DNA of 64,000 nucleotides from Cyanobacteria bacterium P01_H01_bin.74 (GTDB lineage Bacteria; Cyanobacteriota; Vampirovibrionia; Vampirovibrionales; Vampirovibrionaceae): NCBI GenBank assembly GCA_038745945.1, contig JBCDLA010000002.1, positions 871 to 64,870 of the forward strand, read 5' to 3'. Shown piece by piece: positions 55,055 to 64,000 of this stretch (position 1 is its first letter; each line of letters starts with the position of its first letter). The notes under the pieces were generated by a model. It saw only the letters and a program-made list of their open reading frames with translations, ran no database searches and was not told where the DNA came from. The position numbers and the translations under genes were made by a program.

Positions 55055-58000
55055 TTAGTCCACCCAGCGGAAGCCTTTAATGGCATTGGCAGAATTCATA
55101 TCCCCGGTCAATCTCACTTGAAACTTGTTGAAATCGGCTTTTCCTGTGCCGCCCAGCCCGGGGAAATACCCCACGCCTGGCACAAACTGAAGCACCCCGG
55201 AACGGTTTTCCCCAAAGTGTCCCAGCACAGGCACTAAATTAACCAGCTTGCCAATGCTAAGGCGACCTAAAAATCCCATCTTCCCGCGAACATTCTGACG
55301 CATCTGGCCGTTCACCACCAAGTCAGCATAGCCGTTGTCCATTCGCACACTGCCCTGCATCAGCAAATCCAGATTTTTACCATCGCTAAGCAGGTTGTCC
55401 GTGTACAGAACCTGATCGTGAATCTGCATATCGCCGGTCAGCTCTGCAAAGTAGTTGGTGTCATAAAATTTTAAAGTCCGAAACAAATTGTTTAAATTAA
55501 AGCCCAATATCCCGCCACGAAAAATATTGGCCGTAGCCAAAACGGTCTCAATTCGGGCAATGGCTGGCAAACGGCCATTGGTAATTGCAATGTTGACCAA
55601 TCCATTGGCGTTTTTCTGCATGGCAACATCACTGTTGCCATAAGTTGTAAACCGGACACTGCCGTCCATATCACCAAAAATTTGATTGGAAACGTTCAAC
55701 AAGGCCTGGGTTAAAGCATTCACCCGTACATGGTTTACATTCAATTCAAGCGTTGTAAACTGATTCTCATTGGGACTCATTGACAAGTACCCCGAAACCT
55801 CGCCGTTGGCTGCATTGGCCTTGGTATCAGCCAGTTCAAAAAAACTGTTGGCAAACAGCGAGAACCGGCTCTTGAGATTGCCAAGCAGAATGTTCTGATA
55901 CACGGCTTCTTTAAAATGCAGCTGCCCATCTCGAAAAGTTAATGAGCTGGTTGGGTCCCCTTGCTGCCAGGGGCGAAGAAAGCTGTAAGCCAGCTCATCC
56001 ACCAAAATGGGGTGAACCACTTGTTGATTAAAACGGCTTAAGCTGTCGATGCTTAAGAAATCGCCGCCCAATTGAACATCACGAAGCAGCGTTGGCACCT
56101 GAAAAATATTGTCTGCGGTGCCAGAAAACGTCGCACTCACGCCAGGGATTTCAATTTCGGGCACTGTAATGGTTGCGGTTTCATCCTGAAATGTAATGGT
56201 GCCATTCAGCTTGTTGAGTGTTAAATCGGGCAGTGAAATATTGCTGAAGCGAATACTGCCATTGGCAAGCTTATCGCCCAATGTGTCAAAGGCATAAATA
56301 CCATTCAGCGAAATGCTGCCGGCTGCATTTTTAAAAAACCGGTTGTCAGGAACATGGCTGGCCAGTTGGGCCAAGTCAATCTCTGGTGCAGTTCTTGCCT
56401 GTAGCAGATAGATCCGCTGCTGATCATCCAGGGCGTTGTCAATGCTGCCGTTCAGTTGGATACGACCACTGTCAAACAGGTTGAGTGAGGCACTGTCAAT
56501 GGCCAGGTTGCCGGTTTGCCAATGGGCAACAATGCGGGCAAATGCGGCATTGTCATTATTCATATTACTCTCAAACAGAAAAGATTTGTCTTTAAAAAAA
56601 GAATGCGTAGTGTCCTGGGTTTCAGTCGGCTTGCGGGCCAATTGGGTTTGGGGAGAAGGTTGTTTTTTGTTGCTTAAAAAGACAGGCTGAATTTTGGGAA
56701 ATATTCTCTTTTTTATACCCAATGGTTGAGATGCAGAATCAGTCGTTTGCTCGGCATTCAGGGTTGTTTTTTTGGGGGTCGTGATTTTTTCATTCGTGAT
56801 TTTCAGGCTGTTATTTTTTTGAATGCTGTCTTTTTGAGCGTTATTATGCTGCACATTCTTTTTTTGAACATTCCAGGGCAACCGGGATGCGGCTTGAAAG
56901 ACTTCGGTTAAGTCAAAAGCCATCGTGGTTTTCAGCGTATTATCAGCCGGGTTCTTGTGGTTTAACGCACCAGAAACGTCAGCAAAGAAAGGAATAGCGG
57001 CATAAGGCTTTGCCGTGGTTTGATGACTCACCAGAAAATGATTAACCACCAGCGGGGATAAAACACCCGTGGCTTCAGCCGTCAATGTCTGGTTTTGAGT
57101 GGCCGTAATATTGATAGGCGAATCCCCGTAGCGAAGGGTTAAAGCCTTCATTGTTAAGCGCGGGGGCTGCGGTTTCCCGTTGAGGGCTGCGGGCTGATCA
57201 ATCTGTAATTTGCCCCGAATGTTGGATACCGGCAAATTGCCACCCCGCCATGATAAACCGGCATTGTTAAAGGTGATATCTGTCTGGGTTTCGCTTGGCA
57301 ACACGTGGCCGTCGACTTGTAAAGTGCCTGCAGTGTTCCAGATTTCCGGAAAATCAAGCCCGGTGAGTTGCCGGATTAAGGGCTGCTCCCGGCGGATTAA
57401 ATCAAGCGGAATATCGCCAGAATGAAAGGCCACGTTATACTGCTTGCTTGACTGCCCCTTTCCCGAAACAACAAACTGCAAGGGCCCGGCTTTTATCGGG
57501 GTTTCAGCCAGCGCAACGGCATTGTTTTTAAACTGGAAAGCAAGAAGCGGAGCCGAAATGGGCAAGTGGCTGTCAGGAAATTGTGCTTTGACGTTGCTTA
57601 ACCGGGCTTCACCGGTCACTGCAACAGCATTATTGCTGGAAGCAGACTTGTTAAGTGTCAACGCCAGCATAGCCTGCCCAGAAAGCTCTGGCAGTTGTTT
57701 TTTCAATGCGGTGGTGTTGGGTTGTTGCGCCAGCAGTAAGGATTTGAGTTCGGTCAGTTCGATGGGCTGTGTCTTTACGGTGAGGCTATACTGACTTTTC
57801 GCTGGCTGTTGAATATTGGGCAAAACGTGACCATGTGCGCTAAGTAAACTGCCAGCTAAGGTAGCCTGAAAGTCTTGAATGTCAATTTTTTGAGGGCTTA
57901 ATGCCAGTACCACAGAAAATTTTTCAGGCTTGCCTGAAGTGATAAACGCCTTTGGAAGTACTGGTGATACTGAATGGGGCTGAATTGATTTTTTAAGGGG

Positions 58001-60061
58001 GTCTGATTTTTTAAGTTTTGCTGAGGAATTATCCGGGAGATTGTCTGGGAGATCGTCTGGGTGATTGCCTGGAAAATGATTTGGAGACAATTGGTCAGGC
58101 AGTTTTTTTTGCGGGGGAGACCCCGCAGAAAGATAGCCTGAATAAATACGGCCACTGGCTGTCAATTTACCGGTAAAAGCTTCGGTTGTATTCAGCACGC
58201 CTGTTTTTGGGTTATAACGTCCTGAAAGCGTCAAATGGCTTTGCCCATCTGCAATGGCAACAGACTGCCTGGGTGAAAAAAATTGAAGCCCATTCAAATT
58301 AGCCGCTGCCGTGTACTGAAAAAAATCAGGTTGTGCTGGCTTTGCCGAGAACAAAATCTGGCCGCTGCCTTGAAAGGTTTGAGGAAGTGAAGGTTCAGCA
58401 GGCTTTAGGGGTTCAGAGTGCAGTGCCAGTTCTGAAAAATCAATTTGCGCAGATACTTCAGGCAGCCTCGAAGCAGCAACTTGAGTCAATTTTGCCTGAA
58501 GCCGTGCAGTGCCACCATTGCGTGTTTGACGCTCTGCCGTTGAACGATTGACTAACAAGGCAACCCCTGATTGTGCAATAAAGGGATTGATTGCCATGGC
58601 CAATTGCTGGCCAGAAAGCTCAGGGGTTGTTAAAGTGAACTGCCCGGACTGCAGGGCAATGCCAGACGTATAATCCAGCTGCCCCTGTCCTGAAGCCGAA
58701 AATGGAATGGACTGGCCAGCATTGCCTTTAGCGTTAGAGAGGATCAATTTTTTGCCCGCAATCGTAATATCAGCCTGAGCATCAGACACCCACAAGTTTC
58801 TCTGACGATGTACTGGCGTTCCTGTCTGATTCTGTTTCTGACTGGCTGCAAGCTCTGATGCTTGAACCAAAACGTGGCGAAGCTCGGTTTTTCCCTGCCA
58901 GTCGGTGCATTGAACCTGATCGTCCGTAAAAACAAGCGCAATGCGGTGATCAAATTTTAATTGACCGGCCAGGTTAACGGGAGGCCATTCAGGAAACGCA
59001 GGCTGACCCAAAGCAACCATGCGCGCGTTTACGTGTTGGTATACCCTTTGCAATGCCGCCAGATTAATCCCTGGGCTTGATACAGACAGCTGGTAAGCCG
59101 GTTCATTCGTTTCTTTTTTCAGGCCAGATTGCTGCTGGGTTAGCAGCAGGATTAGCGGCAACTGGTCCGTATTTTCGATTGATAGTGCAATGCGCTCCGG
59201 CAAGTATTGAAGATTTTGTTGTTCTGACCGGGCCGTTTTTTGTGGCTGAGAAAACAAGCCTGCATTGAACTGGCTTTGTACAGACACCGTTGGCGTTTTT
59301 TGAGGGCTTTCAGCACTCTCAGAATTCAATGCCAGCTTTACACTGAGTGTGGTTTTTTCGGAGGCTGCGACTGTCGAGAGGTGTGCAATGTGAAGGCGCT
59401 GAATGGTAAGCGAGTCTTCATCCGTATTAGCTGGCATGCGGCTGCCAAGCTGTCTGGGCATCGTGTTTATAAAGCCCTGAAGCTGTGTATTGATATTGCC
59501 AACCCGGCTGTTTTTTAGCAAAACCTGGGTGTTTTTTAGGATGGGTGGCTTTAAGAAGGCATCCGGTTGACTGGGCGGCAAATTGATTTTTAAGGCAAGG
59601 CCAATGGGTGGCGCTGTTTTGGGAATACTAACCTGTGCCAATTGAATGTCAGCAATCTCAGGCTGGCGGTCAAGCAACAGGGGCAAATACCGAAAAGACA
59701 CATAAGCCCGCTTCACCGTTGCCAGTAATGCCTGATGATCGGGGTTTTTGGCTTTGCCTTGTCCTGCAGAAACTTCAGGGTTTTCGGCTTTGTCTTGACT
59801 TGCAGAAAACAAGGCGTCTTTTATTTCAACACGCAGCCCGTGAAAAATTGTGGGCACAATGGCGATTTTTTTTATCTGAAGCTCAACGCCTGCAATCACT
59901 TTTACAGTCTTGGACAAGGACTGGTTTAATTCGGCCTCAAGCAGGGGCATCAACACGGCCCAAATCAAAACAAGCCCAGCCGTTGCACCCCCAACAAGCA
60001 ACCCGAGAAATTTTGCCACCTGGCTCAAGCGATTGGATCTGGGAAATAGCCTGCGAGCCAT
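55055..60061 (-). CDS. giant AsmA/TamB-like (DUF490-type) envelope protein
   Basis: 1668 aa. N-terminal signal anchor (FLGLLVGGATAGLVLIWAVLM). Long beta-rich body with low-complexity PDNLPDN inserts. C-terminal region resembles the AsmA/TamB C-terminus (…LTGDMQIHDQVLYTDNLLSDGKNLDLLMQGSVRMDNGYADLVVNGQM…). Confidence 0.6.
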   Translation of the reverse strand: MARRLFPRSNRLSQVAKFLGLLVGGATAGLVLIWAVLMPLLEAELNQSLSKTVKVIAGVELQIKKIAIVPTIFHGLRVEIKDALFSASQDKAENPEVSAGQGKAKNPDHQALLATVKRAYVSFRYLPLLLDRQPEIADIQLAQVSIPKTAPPIGLALKINLPPSQPDAFLKPPILKNTQVLLKNSRVGNINTQLQGFINTMPRQLGSRMPANTDEDSLTIQRLHIAHLSTVAASEKTTLSVKLALNSESAESPQKTPTVSVQSQFNAGLFSQPQKTARSEQQNLQYLPERIALSIENTDQLPLILLLTQQQSGLKKETNEPAYQLSVSSPGINLAALQRVYQHVNARMVALGQPAFPEWPPVNLAGQLKFDHRIALVFTDDQVQCTDWQGKTELRHVLVQASELAASQKQNQTGTPVHRQRNLWVSDAQADITIAGKKLILSNAKGNAGQSIPFSASGQGQLDYTSGIALQSGQFTLTTPELSGQQLAMAINPFIAQSGVALLVNRSTAERQTRNGGTARLQAKLTQVAASRLPEVSAQIDFSELALHSEPLKPAEPSLPQTFQGSGQILFSAKPAQPDFFQYTAAANLNGLQFFSPRQSVAIADGQSHLTLSGRYNPKTGVLNTTEAFTGKLTASGRIYSGYLSAGSPPQKKLPDQLSPNHFPGNHPDDLPDNLPDNSSAKLKKSDPLKKSIQPHSVSPVLPKAFITSGKPEKFSVVLALSPQKIDIQDFQATLAGSLLSAHGHVLPNIQQPAKSQYSLTVKTQPIELTELKSLLLAQQPNTTALKKQLPELSGQAMLALTLNKSASSNNAVAVTGEARLSNVKAQFPDSHLPISAPLLAFQFKNNAVALAETPIKAGPLQFVVSGKGQSSKQYNVAFHSGDIPLDLIRREQPLIRQLTGLDFPEIWNTAGTLQVDGHVLPSETQTDITFNNAGLSWRGGNLPVSNIRGKLQIDQPAALNGKPQPPRLTMKALTLRYGDSPINITATQNQTLTAEATGVLSPLVVNHFLVSHQTTAKPYAAIPFFADVSGALNHKNPADNTLKTTMAFDLTEVFQAASRLPWNVQKKNVQHNNAQKDSIQKNNSLKITNEKITTPKKTTLNAEQTTDSASQPLGIKKRIFPKIQPVFLSNKKQPSPQTQLARKPTETQDTTHSFFKDKSFLFESNMNNDNAAFARIVAHWQTGNLAIDSASLNLFDSGRIQLNGSIDNALDDQQRIYLLQARTAPEIDLAQLASHVPDNRFFKNAAGSISLNGIYAFDTLGDKLANGSIRFSNISLPDLTLNKLNGTITFQDETATITVPEIEIPGVSATFSGTADNIFQVPTLLRDVQLGGDFLSIDSLSRFNQQVVHPILVDELAYSFLRPWQQGDPTSSLTFRDGQLHFKEAVYQNILLGNLKSRFSLFANSFFELADTKANAANGEVSGYLSMSPNENQFTTLELNVNHVRVNALTQALLNVSNQIFGDMDGSVRFTTYGNSDVAMQKNANGLVNIAITNGRLPAIARIETVLATANIFRGGILGFNLNNLFRTLKFYDTNYFAELTGDMQIHDQVLYTDNLLSDGKNLDLLMQGSVRMDNGYADLVVNGQMRQNVRGKMGFLGRLSIGKLVNLVPVLGHFGENRSGVLQFVPGVGYFPGLGGTGKADFNKFQVRLTGDMNSANAIKGFRWVD

Positions 60062-60092
60062 TGAATACCACCATTCAATACCAAATTAGACT

Positions 60093-60263
60093 TTATTTTT
60101 CGGGCTTTTTTTCGTTCTCATTGCTGCTGGAAAGCGAGCCGTTAGCGCTGTCTTTGAACTGCTTGACCCCGTCTCCCAGGGTTTTCATGACACTCGGCAA
60201 TTTGCCCGGTCCAAACAAAATGAGAACCAGCAGCACAATAATTGAAAGCTCAGGAATTCCCAA
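60093..60263 (-). CDS. tatA: Sec-independent translocase protein TatA/E
   Basis: (L/M)GIPELSIIVLLVLILFGPGKLPSVMKTLGDGVKQFKDSANG is a canonical TatA TM + amphipathic helix. The conserved core begins at a TTG (60261-60263). The listed ORF runs up to 60485 but its upstream part has no TatA similarity, so the start is uncertain. No tatB/tatC adjacent. Confidence 0.6.
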   Translation of the reverse strand: MGIPELSIIVLLVLILFGPGKLPSVMKTLGDGVKQFKDSANGSLSSSNENEKKPEK

Positions 60264-60557
60264 GCTTAAAAACAGCGGGTAACTGCTCAAGTGCTGAAAC
60301 CCTGGCAACTGGGATCCTAAAAACTGGGGTTCTAGCAAGTGGAATGTGGTTAACCACAATGAAAAAAATAAAGCCATATGTGGAGGGTTTCCTCTGTTGT
60401 GCACAAATCCAGACAAAAAAACTTGTTTTAGAGAGAAGGAACGGGACTGCATAAGTTCTGGATGGTGCAAATAAAATAAAATCAATTAAGCCAGTCTGTG
60501 TTATATTTTATCAAGAATAATACCATTTTAAAGCGAACAGACTAGGATCTCTGGTGC

Positions 60558-61091
60558 ATGCATACCTTCCATTCAGGATCAGACTTTGAAAACCCACTGC
60601 TGGGAAAGAGTGAAAGCTTAAACAGCGATGAACGCAAAGCCCTTTCTGTACTGCTAAAAGACAAAGGGTTTCGTTTAACGCCCCAGCGAGAAACAATATT
60701 GGATATTTTTTACACTCTGCCTGAAGGGGAGCACATCAGCACTGAAGAACTGCATGCCCTGTTGCAGAAAGAAGGGGCTGATATCAGTCTGGCAACAGCT
60801 TACCGGACTTTAAAACTGCTTGCCTCCTTGGGTGTTCTTCGAGAACTGGACTTTGCAGAAGACCACAAACATTACGAGCTGGCGCGAAATCCTGAGTCTC
60901 CGCATCACCATATTATTTGCTTGGATTGCGGTTCAACCGAAGAATTTGAAAGTGAAGAAATCACCCGCTTCTCTGAAGCACTGGCCAAAGAACGTGGCTT
61001 AACCATTATTGATGTCCAGCTCAAGGTTTTTGCGCATTGCCACAATCATGAAAAACCCGCTGAAAAAAACACTGAACATAAAAAGCAATAA
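60558..61091 (+). CDS. fur: Fur-family metalloregulator (Fur/Zur-like)
   Basis: …LTPQRETILDIFYTL…HISTEELHALLQKEG…ISLATAYRTLKLLASLGVL… (winged helix), then metal sites HHHIICLDCG…HCHNHE. ~20-aa N-terminal extension. Confidence 0.75.
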   Translation: MHTFHSGSDFENPLLGKSESLNSDERKALSVLLKDKGFRLTPQRETILDIFYTLPEGEHISTEELHALLQKEGADISLATAYRTLKLLASLGVLRELDFAEDHKHYELARNPESPHHHIICLDCGSTEEFESEEITRFSEALAKERGLTIIDVQLKVFAHCHNHEKPAEKNTEHKKQ

Positions 61092-61334
61092 CCAGTATTT
61101 GTTACCACTTTAATAGCTAACTAGATTCCTGTACTGCAGAATGACAAGCAGAGTAGCAGCAGTTTTCTAGGGCTTCAGAAATTGATCAGAAATGGGTGTT
61201 TTTTCGGCTTTTTAACATCACACAAGCTTTGCATTATCTCTAATAGCTTGCCGAAAAAGGTTTACTTGGTGGGTTGACTTGTTATGCTAAAGCCATAGTA
61301 TTGCATTTTACTTATAGGAAAGTTCACACAAAAA

Positions 61335-61991
61335 ATGAGCATTCTTCATCAAATTCTTGAAACAGTGATGACATTTATTCATCAGGTTATTGCTGCAGGA
61401 GGCTACTGGGGAGTTGCTATACTGATGGCAATAGAGTCCGCCAATATCCCCCTGCCTAGTGAGTTTATTATGCCGTATGCCGGGTTTCTTGCGCAACAGG
61501 GTAAACTGAATTTTCATGGGGCTGCTTTTGCAGGGGCGGCAGGCTGTGTTCTTGGGTCAGTCCCATCGTATTGGCTGGGTCAATGGGGTGGGCGTTCTTT
61601 CTTGCTTCGTTACGGCAAGTGGTTGCTGCTTAGTCAGCACGATTTGGCTGCAGCCGAGTCATGGACAAAAAAATACGGTGATATGGCCTTTTTCATCTGC
61701 CGAATGCTGCCTGTTGTTCGAACCTTTATTTCATTGCCTGCAGGAATTCTTGGGGCCTCATTTTGGCCTTTTGTCATTTACACGTTTATTGGGTCATTGG
61801 TCTGGTGTTATGGCTTGGTATGGGTTGGGGTGTACTTTGGCCAAAATCTGGAAGCATTTCGTGAAATTTGGCACAAGTTCGATTATGCCATTTTACTTTT
61901 GTTAACTGTCTTGGGGATATGGTACATCTGGCGTCATGTTAAACATATACGTCACGATCAACAACAATTACAAGATGCCAATAATAAATAA
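61335..61991 (+). CDS. DedA/SNARE-associated family membrane protein
   Basis: …GYWGVAILMAIESANIPLPSEFIMPYAGFLAQQGKLNF… and …GRSFLLRYGKWL… are typical DedA (YqjA/YghB) motifs. 218 aa. Confidence 0.75.
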   Translation: MSILHQILETVMTFIHQVIAAGGYWGVAILMAIESANIPLPSEFIMPYAGFLAQQGKLNFHGAAFAGAAGCVLGSVPSYWLGQWGGRSFLLRYGKWLLLSQHDLAAAESWTKKYGDMAFFICRMLPVVRTFISLPAGILGASFWPFVIYTFIGSLVWCYGLVWVGVYFGQNLEAFREIWHKFDYAILLLLTVLGIWYIWRHVKHIRHDQQQLQDANNK

Positions 61992-62258
61992 GACATTTTT
62001 TAAAATATCTTTTAAAAAAACAAATTACGTCGAGGGTGATATTATTTGTTTTTTATTAAATAAAGTAAATAAAAACGTAAAGAGTTCAAAATTATAAGCA
62101 ATAAAGTTTTTTTATTGTTTTTATTTTAATATACGAGATACTAGCGATAAACCTTACTTAAATTAAATACCTCAAAATTGCTGCCTTAGAAAAAAATAAA
62201 TCCCTTTTTAATGCAGAATTGAAGTATTAGATTTTCCATAAAATGGAGTTTCAGAATA

Positions 62259-62534
62259 ATGCTGACTGGTTACGCTCATATTTCCACAGCAAACAGTTCT
62301 TTAAATCAGATGTTTGCTGCAACCAATGCAGCAACAAATGCATATTTACAGCCTATTGGCCAATTTAGCCAAAGCCAACCCAATTTTTTGAATGCCAGTG
62401 GGATGCCACCTTCACTGTCAGGCAATCAATTTGCGGCACCTCAAATCGGCAATATGGGAGATATTAGCAGCTTAATGACAACCCTATTATCAATGATTAT
62501 AGAAATACTGCCAAATGCCGCTCAGCGTTCTTAA
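62259..62534 (+). CDS. hypothetical small N/Q/S/A-rich protein
   Basis: 91-aa ORF of low complexity with a C-terminal hydrophobic helix (ISSLMTTLLSMIIEIL). AT-rich surroundings. Real coding status uncertain. Confidence 0.25.
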   Translation: MLTGYAHISTANSSLNQMFAATNAATNAYLQPIGQFSQSQPNFLNASGMPPSLSGNQFAAPQIGNMGDISSLMTTLLSMIIEILPNAAQRS

Positions 62535-63046
62535 TTCCACAGCACTTGAGATTTATGATTCTGGTATTATTAGAAGCCAAGTCACAAACATGATGTTTGT
62601 TATTGGTGGATTGTTAACAAGTTTTAATATAGTGTTCAAACATCATTTTTTCAGGGTTTTATATAAACACAAAGGTTAAACAGACGAGAGAGAGAGAGAA
62701 AGAAACGGGTTACTTGCAAAGGGTTAGGTTATTATTATAAAGAATCATCTTCCAAGATAGAATTATTATTATTTTTATCCGATTTAGTGTAATGTATCGC
62801 AGTATTTTAAATTGCCTTTTGCTTAATAATAACTGTTCTGAGAATTGTTTTTCAGCAGAAAATTCCGATGAAAGGGCTCAATTCAAGTGTTTTTAGTTGT
62901 TATGAAACTTTATTGATAGTGTTCAGAAAAAATACCTGTATTGAGTAGCGTAGTAGTAAAGGTATCGAGTAGTTAAGAGTGTAGATAGAGTTTGACACAG
63001 ATAGGGTAGAAATAAGGTAATGAAAATTATCTTATTAATGCGTTTT

Positions 63047-63074
63047 GCACCGTTGATCACGGTGCTTTTTTTTT
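63047..63074 (+). terminator. rho-independent terminator-like hairpin
   Basis: GCACCG-ttgatca-CGGTGC followed by TTTTTTTTT on the + strand, ~500 nt downstream of the 91-aa ORF. Confidence 0.4.
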
Positions 63075-63082
63075 GATAATTG

Positions 63083-64000
63083 TTAATTTTGCTCAGACAA
63101 TTCTGTCTGTATTGAATTTTGCCAAGTCAGCATCAACACATGAATGAGACTTGCCAGAGGGAAAAACAGTAAAATACTTGCTAAGCCTACTAAGCTGTAG
63201 CAGAGTATAAATGTTAAAATTAGAACTGATGGATGAATCTGGTAAGTTTGATGAATCATTTGAGGGATTAGCCAGTATGTTTTTAGAATAAAAAAGAAGA
63301 TCAACACTGCTGTAGCAACAATTAACCCACTGTAGTTGGCATCAATCACAATAAATAAAACCACCGGTAAAATTCCAAACGACATCCCAACAACCGGAAT
63401 AATGGAACAAAATCCAAAAATCAGGCTAAGCAACAATTGGTACTTGATACCCAGTATTGTTAATACAGCATACATTAAAATGCCAGCAATACTGCCCATC
63501 AATACCTGACCGCGAATGGTTTGTCTAAAGTGTTCATGCAGTTTCTGTGTAAAAGTGCAGGCAAGTGAGTAGTATGAACTTGGAAACAGGTCCAGCATAT
63601 TTTTGCGAAGGGCAGGGCCACCACTCAGCAAATAAAAAACAAGAACAAAGCAGGTTAATAAGTAAATCAGGCTGTTAATGGTACTAACCCCAAGCTGAAG
63701 GAGAATATTCGTCAACGTTGTTAAGTACTTCTGATAGTATTGAGACAAACTGGCGATATATTTTTCAATCTGGAAATCAAGATTTATGCCGGTTTGTGTG
63801 GGGTAAACCGCAATAGAGTTACTGTCAGCCCGGGTAAACCGAGACGGAACAGAGTGCCTCAATGGAATGCTTAAATGCCCATTCAATAAATTTGTTTCAG
63901 TATCCTGCATCTCTTTTTGGGGCACTGAATCTATGTGATGAAACTGATTGGGCAGCTCTTGTGCCAGGCCCTTTAGTTGTTGGGTCAGTTTGGGGACGCC
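63083..64000 (-). CDS. AI-2E family transporter (PerM/YdiK-like), N-terminus beyond window edge
   Basis: C-terminal …LLLSLIFGFCSIIPVVGMSFGILPVVLFIVIDANYSGLIVATAVLIFFFILKTYWLIPQMIHQTYQIHPSVLILTFIL… matches PF01594-type transporters. The reading frame stays open upstream of the listed GTG to the window end. Confidence 0.65.
   Translation of the reverse strand, partial: GVPKLTQQLKGLAQELPNQFHHIDSVPQKEMQDTETNLLNGHLSIPLRHSVPSRFTRADSNSIAVYPTQTGINLDFQIEKYIASLSQYYQKYLTTLTNILLQLGVSTINSLIYLLTCFVLVFYLLSGGPALRKNMLDLFPSSYYSLACTFTQKLHEHFRQTIRGQVLMGSIAGILMYAVLTILGIKYQLLLSLIFGFCSIIPVVGMSFGILPVVLFIVIDANYSGLIVATAVLIFFFILKTYWLIPQMIHQTYQIHPSVLILTFILCYSLVGLASILLFFPLASLIHVLMLTWQNSIQTELSEQN

Noticed and set aside
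60485-60557. Possible Fur box upstream of the fur-like gene (gaataataccatttt)
   Set aside because: Only a partial match to the 19-bp GATAATGATAATCATTATC consensus. Not convincing without a PWM score.
62686-62700. (GA)7 simple-sequence repeat as a phase-variation switch
   Set aside because: It lies in non-coding DNA roughly 150 bp after one gene and 380 bp from the next gene's stop. It is not within a promoter-spacer or coding context that would make phase variation likely.

Overview
This 64 kb window reads as a bacterial chromosomal segment of mixed composition (by eye, coding GC in the mid-40s %, with several AT-rich gaps and islands).

Housekeeping genes are interleaved with accessory, effector-like material. 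The housekeeping set is rplM-rpsI, a standalone rpsU, tRNA-Glu, aroE, hemB, recO, tsaE, ssb, thyX, tatA, fur and a transaldolase.

The main recognisable blocks are:
(i) two tandem Zn-dependent alcohol dehydrogenases;
(ii) a TPR-caspase fusion protein;
(iii) motA-motB;
(iv) an attH-like lipocalin hydrolase with an FtsX-type ABC exporter;
(v) a minus-strand cluster of a globin-coupled (HemAT-like) chemoreceptor, a two-SpoA-domain SctQ/FliN-family protein, fliO-like, fliP, fliQ (with an odd C-terminal extension) and fliR, ending abruptly in an 840 bp ORF-free AT-rich gap with no flhB/sctU;
(vi) a beta-oxidation operon in which FadE (acyl-CoA dehydrogenase) and FadD (acyl-CoA synthetase) are fused into one 1378-aa ORF, followed by a thiolase and a FadB-like enzyme with reversed domain order;
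(vii) a GGDEF cyclase;
(viii) an MFS / GT-B / processive GT2 / PabC-like block;
(ix) eukaryote-interaction-type genes: a membrane-anchored tyrosine phosphatase wedged between recO and tsaE, and an F-box-like protein with 36-bp tandem repeats between thyX and a 1668-aa AsmA/TamB-like protein;
(x) an AT-rich island of three hypotheticals plus a tail-less short SSB;
(xi) a DUF1537 acid-sugar kinase plus PdxA-family dehydrogenase pair.

No CRISPR array, rRNA or obvious IS/transposase was seen.

The lineage cannot be assigned from sequence alone. The combination of flagellar/chemotaxis genes with F-box and tyrosine-phosphatase proteins suggests a motile, host-associated (amoeba/protist-interacting) proteobacterium-like organism. 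That is inference.

All functional calls are from motif and architecture recognition by eye. No database search was run.
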